Source of the DNA: Caldisericota bacterium
Lineage (GTDB): Bacteria > Caldisericota > Caldisericia > JAAYUI01
Assembly (NCBI GenBank): GCA_029548865.1
Contig: JAKPMO010000026.1
Coordinates: 68,877-132,876, forward strand
Direction: 5' to 3'
DNA length: 64,000 nt
Part shown: positions 19,101-28,088 of the stretch, piece by piece
Numbering within the stretch: the stretch's first letter is position 1
Layout of the letters: the number at the start of each line of letters is the position of its first letter
Made by a program: the position numbers and the translations under genes
Notes under the pieces: model-generated
What the model was told of the DNA's origin: nothing
Database searches by the model: none
Seen by the model: the letters and a program-made list of their open reading frames with translations, nothing else

Positions 19101-19465
19101 GAGGCGAGTCTTGTTTTTGAGACGTTGGCATTTGAGACATTGTAAGTTGCACCTTGAGCATTGACCCAATTTGTTCCGTTCCACCAGGCGTAGAATATAT
19201 CTGTCGCAACTGGATCTGTCCCCGTGTTGTCTGTCCAGGCAATATGTGGTCTTCCAAGTGAATCAATCGCAAGAGAGGCTTCTGTAGAAGTCCCGGTGTT
19301 TACACTAACATTTGCATTTGTTTTTGGTGGTCCTGGGTTATATGTCTGATCTTTTACATTTACCCATAAAGTGGCGCTTGCAACATTTTTAATTAAAGGT
19401 GTTGCTACAAAAGATGACAGCAACATTAGAGCAGACAAAACAATAGCTATATATCTATGCTTCAT
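16169..19465 (-). CDS. Large secreted protein: 7 repeats (propeller-like) + DUF11-type Ig repeats + C-terminal PKD-like domain
   Basis: Signal peptide; 7x SLxLDSxxxPHIxW; repeated FTLxVxN...V..TD.FP modules; VDFGD...HTYTSAGDYKV. Confidence 0.85.
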   Translation of the reverse strand: MKHRYIAIVLSALMLLSSFVATPLIKNVASATLWVNVKDQTYNPGPPKTNANVSVNTGTSTEASLAIDSLGRPHIAWTDNTGTDPVATDIFYAWWNGTNWVNAQGATYNVSNANVSKTRLASINPSLQLDSNDMPHIVWVDVTWGSNYEPAYVHWDPVDRQWEQDNNSSYGATGNCRISPPGQINYYDPCLKLDSNNLPHVSMTMDDKGDREIIYARLTTAGTTDWVSHRGVSWSGGGGMTAVIVSQTPGKDSEFSSLALDSNNRPHIAWQDMNWGVTWQIAYVRSNGTDWLNVSGGVWTSSSPRVSSSTSTSVRPSLEVDTNNRPHIAWSNRTASGNFDIFYVRWSGSSWITINNAVYNGTNANVTNNTGDSNTPSLELDSNNNPHIAWSDNTWNSNFEICYFYWNGSNWLCGNKQTYSSTDGTNVVVSANRRDSLEPDLIVDSVDMPHISWEDFTYNEASDYDPTNPPKNWEIMYVRLFFNMTGTFDLTKEVDVDGDLDFTDDAAPVRGGDTLTYRLNWSFDNPDGDPLRGAYITDAIPNGTTYIGGSANPAIASYSTDGGFTWIAGDAPNGSPSGTILRWAIANDEEDDLVFTFQVLVDATVTSNICNRATFRHRFDRNIPLVSNEVCNTSGAIGFIKSSSKTDYFSNEVIVFTLTVNSAFNASTNVIVTDTFPVEFMYISSSEPVTVNGNVIQWGVGDMATGEIRTLTISFRVLPDYNFGGEPLTVTNFAICTARGIEPVNSQATVTIHTRGATLTKTVNQRYFKKNEIVQFTLVVTNGGTDPLTEVTLVDELPNVLAYITVEPPLGEVRNGIWTLYIGTIMPGESLTYVLSFNIDEHQIFGEETLEFVNNAILFTNELDPITAKAPFGIYRPKTQITKTAKAMVLRPTDLIVFTVTVANVGGDVASEVFMTDLFPREFEFVSSRPANQGGATSVKYDIGDLQPGESKRFVLTFRIKNPDMLPRTSNMVLVNTGKVSALGLPDKYAYATIIIVPDNARRELSVVATWKGINTKTSEGKAGQEMELTIVCKDGASPYEVTVDFGDNSKKEIFTAINEEPHTLTHTYTSAGDYKVIISVDDAFGLNKKVERIVHMK

Positions 19466-19691
19466 TTTTCACCTCTACAGAATAAACAGCCGCTAGGGAT
19501 TAGTGCTAATAGTCAATGGGTCAAATTATCTTATTTTTGCAGTTTCTGAGAGGAATATTCTCGTTTTTGTAGTATTGCTAAAATTTAAACTATTGGTAAA
19601 TATATTGCTAAACATTAATGTCATTTTGATTATTTTTTAATAGTTAGTGTAGATTTTGGGAAAATTTATGAATTTCAGGAAAGAAATTTCT

Positions 19692-20207
19692 TTAAATTGT
19701 TTTGATCATCTTCCTGACGAGAGTTTTAAAACCAGATGTTTCATAAATTTCTAAAGATTCTTTATTGAATTCGTGCACATCAATGACTATTTGTTTGATC
19801 TTTTTAATTTTTGCGGTTTCTTCAATCTTGGCTATTAATGCCTGTTTCAACTCATTTTTGTGGTAATGATCATCTATGGCAATCTCATTCACAATTATAA
19901 AGGGTGGCGAGATCAGGTCGTCATGTTTGTGGCAGATCTCGCTGTAGGCATAGCCTATGATTGGGCTGTTCTCTCCGGTTTTTGCTACGATAAACAAATT
20001 GTTTAAGTCATCAAGTGCCATATCATAATAGTATTTGTCTATTTCACCAGTTTCCACATGGTTTTTCGAAACATCTAAATGCAAACGCATGATTTTCTGG
20101 TATTGTCTATTTAGGGAAATTATTTCATCAACAAGCTTTTTTCTTTCTTCCTGACCCAATTTTTCTGGGTCTACCATTTTGATGATTACCTTATTTTCAC
20201 CCGTCAT
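19692..20207 (-). CDS. GNAT-family acetyltransferase
   Basis: IIGYAY, VNEIAID, DVHEFN...IYETSGF; the acetyl-CoA loop is divergent (HKNELK). Confidence 0.7.
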   Translation of the reverse strand: MTGENKVIIKMVDPEKLGQEERKKLVDEIISLNRQYQKIMRLHLDVSKNHVETGEIDKYYYDMALDDLNNLFIVAKTGENSPIIGYAYSEICHKHDDLISPPFIIVNEIAIDDHYHKNELKQALIAKIEETAKIKKIKQIVIDVHEFNKESLEIYETSGFKTLVRKMIKTI

Positions 20208-20827
20208 AATCTCCTCGCTACAGCAACGAGCTCTTTTGTAAGCAGAAGACTCTGCCTATCGAAAGAAGCACTTGAATAAGTATAATCGATTGCTTGTGCA
20301 AAAGGAAACACCAATGATTGATCAACAAAAAGAATAACCCCGGACCATGTTAGAACAATCGATGAGTTGTCTGAAAAAACGATTCTTCTTGAGCCTTGTT
20401 TGATGATTTTTCCTGGCCCATCTGGCATCAAAGTCTCTGTAAAAGGTTCCAATGATAAAATTTCTTTTGTGATCTGGACATTACCACTGAAGGTTTGCTG
20501 GCATGTTTCGAGGTTGGGATTTACAAGTCTAACCTGACTTGTTGTTATGATTTGTCCACCACCCGGGTAAAAGACGGTTTCATCGGTGTCGTAATTGCCT
20601 CCAGTAAAGTTTAGAAGATTGATTGCGCCATCAGTTTCCATACAAATCGAAAGATGGTGCTTGCATGTCCATGATCTACAGGCAAGAGGAGTGAAATCCA
20701 AAGGAAATGCGGTGTACTGTATTGTTGAGGACGATGTGCCGCTACTTGGATTTGCTGTGCCACTGTGGTTTCCTAAAAATTGGGCACCGTTGATGTTCCC
20801 GTAAATTGTGCTCGTTATCTGAATCAC
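20204..20827 (-). CDS. Hypothetical protein
   Basis: GTG start with SD GGAGGT; 4-nt overlap with the GNAT gene. Confidence 0.55.
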   Translation of the reverse strand: MIQITSTIYGNINGAQFLGNHSGTANPSSGTSSSTIQYTAFPLDFTPLACRSWTCKHHLSICMETDGAINLLNFTGGNYDTDETVFYPGGGQIITTSQVRLVNPNLETCQQTFSGNVQITKEILSLEPFTETLMPDGPGKIIKQGSRRIVFSDNSSIVLTWSGVILFVDQSLVFPFAQAIDYTYSSASFDRQSLLLTKELVAVARRL

Positions 20828-20880
20828 GTTACCTCCCGTGTCTTACGTGGTTTTAACAAGACAATTTATCAAAACACTTA

Positions 20881-20920
20881 AAAAAGAAAAGACCAGATCG
20901 GCATCTTAGCCGACCTGGTC
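20881..20920 (-). terminator. Terminator of the tldD-pmbA operon
   Basis: GACCAGGTCGGC/GCCGATCTGGTC stem followed by TTTTCTTTTT on the minus strand. Confidence 0.75.
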
Positions 20921-20928
20921 AGGTTCTA

Positions 20929-22266
20929 TTATCCAATGGCTACAGTGCAGTTGTCAAGTAGAATATATGGCAGTACCATTTCGCCATTAAACCCTGAAAT
21001 TTCCACATCCGAGCTTATTGCAGCTATGTTATTGTTTAATGCTTCAAAGAGATTGACTGATACCATGGCATCTTTTATTCTGCCAACGATCTCGCCGTTT
21101 TCTACCAGGAACCCGAGGTCAACATTTCCAGCAAGCTGGCCTGTCAGTGGGTTGCCCATCATGGTCCCGATGAGCCCATCAAAATAGAAGCCCTTTTTGA
21201 TCCCTTTCAGGATTTCATTGGAGGGCTTGCTACCTGGTTGCATGACTATTGTGGATTGAGTGATGACCGGAGCGTTGTCAATTTCTGGTGGAGGGTTGAA
21301 AATGCCGCCTTTCTTGAATGCGTTGCCAGTTGATGCCATTGACAACTTTTTTGCAGTTCTTTTGTCCAGAAGGAAGTTTTTTAATACACCATTTTCAATG
21401 AGTGAGGTGCGCTGGGTTGGGGTGCCTTCATCATCATAAGGGCAAGAATGGTTCCTAAGGTCCATCCTACCGTCATCAATGAGCGTGAACATATTAGAAG
21501 CTACTTTTGTCCCAAGCTTGTCCGTCCATGGACTGACTTTTCTTTCAACACTTTTGCCACCAACGGATGCCAAAAGAATATTTATGGCATGGAGAAATGC
21601 GTTTGGTGTAAACAACACTGGATATTTGCCGGAATTAGTTTTTACATTTTTCTGCCCATATTTAAAATTCCGGATTGCTTTTTCAACCAGTTCTTTCTTT
21701 TTGGCTTCATCCTTGATGCCTATAAAACCCTCACCACAACCGAGCATATTGTCGCCATCAGTCAGGTCTATGTAGCATCCCCAGGAAAAGGTGTCCTTCT
21801 CGTAAGAGCCTTTGAATCCATTGCTTGTTGCCATTTCAGTCTTGAAATGACTTTTTGTTACACCAGCGTGTGCTCTGGCTTTTGGGTGAAGGCCAGATAT
21901 TGCGCCGATTGTTTCTTTGCCCATGTCCACCATTTGCTGAATTGTAAGCTCTTTGGTCTCTTTGCTTGTTATGATCGGGGATGCAAAACTAGCATTTGAA
22001 GCAAACTCAAAGTCCATCACCGGAGAGTATTTTATTGTTTCAAGCGCCTGATTTATTAAGCCTTCAACATCACCTGGCTTTGTTGTGGTCGAGAAAGCCA
22101 GCTTGCCATCCTTCACGGCACGCATTGCATAACCTTCCCTTTGGGTTTCTGAAATCTCTTTGAGCCTCCCGGATTCAAAACTTACCGGTGTTGTTGTTCT
22201 GTTGTAGTGGATGACCTCGACGCTCTGAAAGTGTTTCTTTGCCTGCTCAATTATTTTTTCTATCAT
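20929..22266 (-). CDS. pmbA: PmbA/TldE family protein
   Basis: PYDDEGTP, LIENGVL, TGNA; lacks HExxH; follows tldD. Confidence 0.88.
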   Translation of the reverse strand: MIEKIIEQAKKHFQSVEVIHYNRTTTPVSFESGRLKEISETQREGYAMRAVKDGKLAFSTTTKPGDVEGLINQALETIKYSPVMDFEFASNASFASPIITSKETKELTIQQMVDMGKETIGAISGLHPKARAHAGVTKSHFKTEMATSNGFKGSYEKDTFSWGCYIDLTDGDNMLGCGEGFIGIKDEAKKKELVEKAIRNFKYGQKNVKTNSGKYPVLFTPNAFLHAINILLASVGGKSVERKVSPWTDKLGTKVASNMFTLIDDGRMDLRNHSCPYDDEGTPTQRTSLIENGVLKNFLLDKRTAKKLSMASTGNAFKKGGIFNPPPEIDNAPVITQSTIVMQPGSKPSNEILKGIKKGFYFDGLIGTMMGNPLTGQLAGNVDLGFLVENGEIVGRIKDAMVSVNLFEALNNNIAAISSDVEISGFNGEMVLPYILLDNCTVAIG

Positions 22267-22274
22267 GCTTGCAC

Positions 22275-23654
22275 CTACTTTCCCGAAACAACAATCTTCT
22301 GGATGCGGATTGATGGCGAACCATGCGAGGTTGGAAGAGGCATCTGGCCACCCTTTCCACAGCCACCGGCACTGTCAGGTTGTACGAAATCCTTGCCTAC
22401 CATGTCGATTGCTCTAAGTGTCTCGAAGACGTTGCCTTGAAGAACGCTTCCCTGGCACATCTGCCCAATCTTTCCATTTTGTATTTTGTATGTGACCATT
22501 GAAGAGAAGGTGAACATCTCCCCGTTGGTCTGGCCGCCAAAGACGCCCTGGCAGAGCAGTCCGTCTTTTATCCCGTTGAGCATCTCATCCATAGAGGAAT
22601 TGCCAATCTCGATGCAGGTGTTGCGCATCCTTGGAATTGGGGCGAACTTATAGTTTATTGCCCTTGCTGAACCAGTGGCTTTCTCACCCATTTTTCCGGC
22701 CGTTTCTCTGCTATGGAGTCTTCCAACAAGCTTGCCTTCCTTGATAAGGTAAGTCTTCTCTGTCGGTGTTCCCTCATCATCGTATTTGAGGTATCCCCTT
22801 GTTCCCTTGTCCAGACCTGTATCGTAGACATTCAAGATTGGTTTTCCGAATTGCCTGCCCATAGTCATAACTTCTGCAAGTGAGGGGTTTTCGTAAACAT
22901 TATCACCCTCGGAGAGGTGTCCAAAGGCCTCATGGATAAATGTACCGGAGAGAATTGGGTCAAGAATTACAGTGTAGGAACCACTGTTGACTTGCTCACA
23001 GTCAAGCAACTTGACTGCTGTCTCAGAGACTTCAAGCACTTTCTGGTCAAGATCAAGAACAACGTTGAAGTCATCACTGGAGCCAACGCCAGTAAAGTAA
23101 TTTTGTGATACCCCGTCTTTTGCAGACATTGCGATGAAGTTGGCACCCAGATCCATCTTTTCCTGTTCGATATAAGCGCCCTCTGAGTTTGCAAAATATA
23201 ATTTTGAGTATGCGTCCTTGTAGTAGACCCTTGTGGTTTTGACTAATGGTGAAACAGAAAGCATCAATTCTGTATAACCCTTTAGCAGATCAACTTTTTT
23301 TCCAAGCGGTACATTTCTTACATCATTCTTTACGTCTAGCTTTACCGTATCAACGATTGATTTTGTAGGCGCAAGCATGCTTTTTTCATTAATAGTGTTG
23401 CCAATAGTACGCGCCATCTGCACAGCTGCTTCAACCTTGGATTCCAATTCATCAATTGAATTGAAGGAAGCAAAACCCCAACCACCCTTGTAAAGTGCCC
23501 TGATTGCACCACCAAAGGCCTTTGTCCTCTGGACCTGGTCAAGGTCATGGCCTTGATAGGAAATACCAGTGTGGTCAGTGTCTTCAATCCTTATTTCAAG
23601 GTAGTCACAGTCATTTCTTTTTGTCAAACCGGTCAAAAGTGTTTTCATTGCCAC
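22275..23654 (-). CDS. tldD: TldD family metalloprotease
   Basis: HEAFGH, YDDEG, PRMRNT, CGKGGQ. Confidence 0.92.
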   Translation of the reverse strand: MAMKTLLTGLTKRNDCDYLEIRIEDTDHTGISYQGHDLDQVQRTKAFGGAIRALYKGGWGFASFNSIDELESKVEAAVQMARTIGNTINEKSMLAPTKSIVDTVKLDVKNDVRNVPLGKKVDLLKGYTELMLSVSPLVKTTRVYYKDAYSKLYFANSEGAYIEQEKMDLGANFIAMSAKDGVSQNYFTGVGSSDDFNVVLDLDQKVLEVSETAVKLLDCEQVNSGSYTVILDPILSGTFIHEAFGHLSEGDNVYENPSLAEVMTMGRQFGKPILNVYDTGLDKGTRGYLKYDDEGTPTEKTYLIKEGKLVGRLHSRETAGKMGEKATGSARAINYKFAPIPRMRNTCIEIGNSSMDEMLNGIKDGLLCQGVFGGQTNGEMFTFSSMVTYKIQNGKIGQMCQGSVLQGNVFETLRAIDMVGKDFVQPDSAGGCGKGGQMPLPTSHGSPSIRIQKIVVSGK

Positions 23655-23736
23655 CTCGGAATTTTCTTTGTAACAACAAAGTTATTACTTTGGACCCAAA
23701 ACTTCAAGCAAAGTTTTGACTGCGGTTTTGGTTTTG

Positions 23737-23886
23737 TTATTTAAGAATTTGCGACACCCAATATGAAAGCCACTTGGTCCCTCCAAGGGCCACCATCCAC
23801 AGAGCAATTGCTAGTGTTATCGTGATCAAAAGGGCAAGCGAGAACTTGAAGAAAAAATCAAGCATCTTTGATCTCTGCTCAAACAT
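23737..23886 (-). CDS. Small single-TM protein (49 aa), below the ORF-track cutoff
   Basis: SD AAGGAGG; the start overlaps the end of the ABC gene; MFEQRSKMLDFFFKFSLALLITITLAIALWMVALGGTKWLSYWVSQILK. Confidence 0.65.
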   Translation of the reverse strand: MFEQRSKMLDFFFKFSLALLITITLAIALWMVALGGTKWLSYWVSQILK

Positions 23887-25621
23887 TGGGCCCTCCTTCA
23901 AATGCTTTGCCATCATAGATGAAGTACACCTTGTCTGCCATTTTTATCAGTACTGGATTGTGCGTTATAATGATTGTGGTTCCTTTCCTCAGCACTGGGG
24001 ATATGTCTGCAAATATCTCCTTGGCCGTTGGGATGTCTACCTGTGCCAGAGGTTCATCCAGCAGGAGTATCTCCCTGTCCATCAGCATGACTCTTGCCAA
24101 GGCAACTCTCTGTTTCTCGCCAGCGGATATATTTCTTGCACGTTCCCCCAACGGGCCGTCACCAAGCCGTTCAGCTACCCCCGAAAGCCTGCAGAGCTTT
24201 ATCACTTCCACCGGGTCATTTTTTGTTTCTCGCCCAAAAGTGACATTTTCGACCAGGTTGCCAGGGCCAAAATATGGGTGCTGGCTTAGAAAACCTATCT
24301 TTCCCCTCCAGGCTTGTCCATCCAGCTCCTCCAATGCAGTGCCGTTTATTTCCACATGCCCTGATTTTGGGTTCAGGAGCCCTGCAACAATTTTTAGCAG
24401 CGTTGTTTTTCCTGCTCCAGAGTCGCCGGTTATTGCGACTATCTCGCCAGGTTTTGCCTGGATGTCCAGCTCTTTCAATATTTCCTTGCTTTCGGCATAA
24501 GAGAAAACAATTTGTTTACACTCAATTGTGTATGGTCCATCCGGGATTTTTTCCTTGCCGGTTTTTGGCAGTTCCTTGGCATCATAGACCTCAAAAAAGC
24601 GCTGTATCGATATTGATGTTCCAACAAGCCCTTCCCAGAGAGAAAACATCGTCTGGAGTGGTGATGTGATATATCCAAATGCTATTGTAATGGCAGACAC
24701 TTTGCCCAGTGTCCATGCACCTGATGTGACTTGCCCCCACCCGAAAATATTTATCAGAAGCGAAACTACAGCGAGTATTAGACTTTGAACCAGCCCTGAT
24801 CCTGAAGAGACCAGTGATGAGACCACACCCATGCGCCATACCGAAACGTATTCCCTGATGTATGACATCATGGCCCTTCGCGTCTGGCCTGACATTCTCA
24901 AATCCGAGAGCGATGATACGAGGTCGTATTGTGTTGAACTGAGCTTTCCTGATGCATCCATTCTGACCTTTTGGTATGACCGGAGCAGTCTCTGGATAAA
25001 ATACCATGCTGTTGTAGTGAAGATGAGCGTTGGGAATCCGAATGCAGCGACCCTCCAGTCCATCACTGCAACTGCCGCTGGAATGGCCAGGATTCTTACA
25101 ACAAGCGTGAATACAGTGTTGAGCGAGCTTGAGATGTAGCTAATTCCATTTGCAAGCCCGCTTGATCTGCTTATGAGGTCTCCGCTTCTTTGGGAGTCAA
25201 AGTATTCCTCATCAAGTTTTGAGAGTTTTCTATAAAAATCCACCTGAGTTTTGAACGCTATGTAGCTTGAGAGGTACTCTGAATAAATACTATTGAACCA
25301 TCCGACAAGCATTGAAAAAAGGTTTGCCCAGAAAGTGAACATCAAAACATTGACTATCAGGCCTAAATCACCCTTTGCCACTCCATTGTCCAGGATTATC
25401 TTTGGCGCAAATGGCAGAATCAATCCAAATGCAGCCGAGATTACGGAAAAAAGCGAAAGTAAGATAAAATGCTTGAGCAATGGTCTGGCATAAGGAAGGA
25501 CCCTTTTTAGATGTTTTAAGTTCTCCGCAAACCCGTGCCTTTTCGGTGGTTCAGGGGGTGTAAAATCCAGCTCAACCCCCAATTTCTTTATGATTACCTT
25601 TTTTTTCATTGCAACTCCCAT
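23879..25621 (-). CDS. ABC exporter, fused TMD + NBD
   Basis: TM domain, GDSGAGKT, ISAGEKQR, LLLDEP, ITHN; the true start may be ATG 25609. Confidence 0.9.
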   Translation of the reverse strand: MGVAMKKKVIIKKLGVELDFTPPEPPKRHGFAENLKHLKRVLPYARPLLKHFILLSLFSVISAAFGLILPFAPKIILDNGVAKGDLGLIVNVLMFTFWANLFSMLVGWFNSIYSEYLSSYIAFKTQVDFYRKLSKLDEEYFDSQRSGDLISRSSGLANGISYISSSLNTVFTLVVRILAIPAAVAVMDWRVAAFGFPTLIFTTTAWYFIQRLLRSYQKVRMDASGKLSSTQYDLVSSLSDLRMSGQTRRAMMSYIREYVSVWRMGVVSSLVSSGSGLVQSLILAVVSLLINIFGWGQVTSGAWTLGKVSAITIAFGYITSPLQTMFSLWEGLVGTSISIQRFFEVYDAKELPKTGKEKIPDGPYTIECKQIVFSYAESKEILKELDIQAKPGEIVAITGDSGAGKTTLLKIVAGLLNPKSGHVEINGTALEELDGQAWRGKIGFLSQHPYFGPGNLVENVTFGRETKNDPVEVIKLCRLSGVAERLGDGPLGERARNISAGEKQRVALARVMLMDREILLLDEPLAQVDIPTAKEIFADISPVLRKGTTIIITHNPVLIKMADKVYFIYDGKAFEGGPNV

Positions 25622-25781
25622 CTGGATTATAGTTTATATTTCCAAAGGTTGTTTCTGATAACAGGATTAAAACCGACAGATTGTTTTTGTGCTTGTCACT
25701 TGGTTTTATTTATGCTAGAAACATCATTGAATATTTGCATTGAGTGGTGGCTTGCTATAAAATTGTTTTTCGGAGGTCTAG

Positions 25782-28088
25782 ATGAAGCGTATTGCCTTTG
25801 CACTTGCGGTTATACTCTTTTTGAGCTTTCCGGTATTTTCAGCGTCTTCTGTGGAACCACCACATTGCACAGTTACCCTGGAAGCACCTGTGGGGAACCC
25901 CACCATTGATGCCTTGGGAAATTTAGTGGGCAGGGTGAGATTTGTTCTCACCGGAGAGGGCAAAACTGCCATCTGGGGACGTTTCATTGTAGATGGTCAG
26001 GAGGGGCCGACCTATTTCAAGACCCTTATTGCACCATCACCAGAGCCAATAATTTTTGAAACCTTCCTGCCGACATCTCTTAGTGGCAGCCACGAGATCT
26101 ATTTTGAACTTATATCTCCGAATGAGTCAAAAACTTCCTCGACCACCTATATCGTCAATCCACCGAAACAAGATATTTCTGGAGTAAAAATCATCTCTCC
26201 AATAAATGGTCAAATTATAAATCAGGGTGATTTTTTTGAGGCAAAAGCAGAAATACCGCTAAAAGGTCAAGGAACATACGAGATTTCTGGTAAGTGGATT
26301 GTTGATGGAGTCAGTCATCCTTTCAGCCAAAAAATGCAGGTTGCATGGCAGGCAGTTGCAAAAGTATCTCAGGTGCTTCCAACGAATGTTTCTGGCGATC
26401 ACACCGTTGAGCTGATAGTTGATTTGCCGACAGCATACAAATCAGGAATTATTAAATACACAGTTTCTTTAAAAGCACCAATAGCAGTTGTACTTGATCC
26501 TGTCATTCAGGATGCAACTGTTTCAATCGATGGAACTACAAAAATCAAAATTAAGATAAATGTTACCCAGGCAGGTTCTTTCAACTTGCTTGGTTACCTT
26601 CTCCTCGATGGTAAAGTGTATGATAAACTTGAAAAGATTGTTATTGGTCCTGGTGAATTTATTTATGAAATGACTATACCCGCCCAGTCTGCGGGTCCGC
26701 ATACTGTCCAGTTTAAACTCGTTTCTCCGACAGAACTGCTTTCTAATGCTGTAACTTTTAGGGTTGTTGGAGAAGCATGGGTATGGCCCGGCATAATCTA
26801 CCCTGGCGATGGGACGACTGTTACCCAGAACTCGCCGCTTGTTGCAGAACTTGGGATCAAGGTTGGTGGAAAAGGCACCATCAAAGTGGTTGGCGTATGG
26901 ATGATAGATGACCTTCCATATCGTGATTATGAGCAGATGCTCCAAATAACATCGGAAACAATAATTCTGGAAAAGATGCCCCTTCCAACTGATGCTCCTG
27001 GCTGGCACAGACTGAAATTCAGGATGACCTGGCCGTATTATGAGGAGACAAAAGAAATCTGGTACAGGATATGGGGGAGAGAGCAACCACCGAGTTTCCT
27101 GCAAGTCATTACACATCCGCAGTCACCATATTCAAACTACCAGAGTTTTCAGCTCCAGGTGAGAGCTCAGGACGATAGGGGAATCAAAAATCTCTGTGCT
27201 TATGTCGATTTTGCCAAGCATGTTGATGTATCAATGGGTGGAATGATGGTTATCGACTATATAACGCCTACCATTGGCCCGCTTCCGGTTGGCGAGCACA
27301 CATGGTCTGTTACACTCACAGATCTTGATGGACTCGAATCAGAATACATAGGGAAGTTTGTTGTCACGAAATCTTCTGGTGTTCTGGAGGGTTTTGTGCT
27401 TAACAAGATAACCAACGGGCCAATTGTCGATGCAGAAGTGTCTTGCGCTGGACATCTGGTGAAGACAGATGCTTATGGAAAATACAGGATCGATGGGCTT
27501 GGTGAAGGTGAACAGGTGGTCATGGCCACTCATCAGTCATACAGGAGTGCTGAAGCAAGGGTCACAATTTTTGCTGGTGTGACCACAAATGCACCAACGC
27601 TTTATCTTGATGACAAAGGCCCATTACCCTTTGTTTATCAGATAGAGCACTGGCCGCAGGTTCCAAAGACTGGTGAGAGTTTTGTCTTGAGTGTATATGT
27701 GAGGAATGATGGCGCTGATGCTGATCTTTCGGAAGTAGCAATATCCTGCCCGGAAGGCGCAGTAATTGAAATTGATCCTGATACTGGGGCCCAGTATCCA
27801 TCGTTTGCCTATGTCTATTATCCTGGGTCTTTCATAGATCACAGAGATGGCCAGCAAATAAGAGCAATCCATCCTGTTGCCATTGTTAGGTGGAATTCTT
27901 GGGGCAGTGGCGTGACAAGAAAGGTAATGATCAAGGTGTCTCCGCAGGAACCTAAACCATTCAATTTCTGGGTCAGGGCTATGATGTCAAAAGGTCTGTC
28001 AAAAGAGATTTTCCCGAGAAATTCTGAAATAATCGACCAGCAGGGTTATCCAATTAAAGAATACAGGGTTGAGGTGCAACCGAAATAA
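25782..28088 (+). CDS. Secreted tandem Ig-like protein with a carboxypeptidase-regulatory-like domain
   Basis: Signal peptide; about 5 repeats of ~100 aa ending LPT...G.H; TDAYGKYRIDGL motif. Confidence 0.75.
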   Translation: MKRIAFALAVILFLSFPVFSASSVEPPHCTVTLEAPVGNPTIDALGNLVGRVRFVLTGEGKTAIWGRFIVDGQEGPTYFKTLIAPSPEPIIFETFLPTSLSGSHEIYFELISPNESKTSSTTYIVNPPKQDISGVKIISPINGQIINQGDFFEAKAEIPLKGQGTYEISGKWIVDGVSHPFSQKMQVAWQAVAKVSQVLPTNVSGDHTVELIVDLPTAYKSGIIKYTVSLKAPIAVVLDPVIQDATVSIDGTTKIKIKINVTQAGSFNLLGYLLLDGKVYDKLEKIVIGPGEFIYEMTIPAQSAGPHTVQFKLVSPTELLSNAVTFRVVGEAWVWPGIIYPGDGTTVTQNSPLVAELGIKVGGKGTIKVVGVWMIDDLPYRDYEQMLQITSETIILEKMPLPTDAPGWHRLKFRMTWPYYEETKEIWYRIWGREQPPSFLQVITHPQSPYSNYQSFQLQVRAQDDRGIKNLCAYVDFAKHVDVSMGGMMVIDYITPTIGPLPVGEHTWSVTLTDLDGLESEYIGKFVVTKSSGVLEGFVLNKITNGPIVDAEVSCAGHLVKTDAYGKYRIDGLGEGEQVVMATHQSYRSAEARVTIFAGVTTNAPTLYLDDKGPLPFVYQIEHWPQVPKTGESFVLSVYVRNDGADADLSEVAISCPEGAVIEIDPDTGAQYPSFAYVYYPGSFIDHRDGQQIRAIHPVAIVRWNSWGSGVTRKVMIKVSPQEPKPFNFWVRAMMSKGLSKEIFPRNSEIIDQQGYPIKEYRVEVQPK

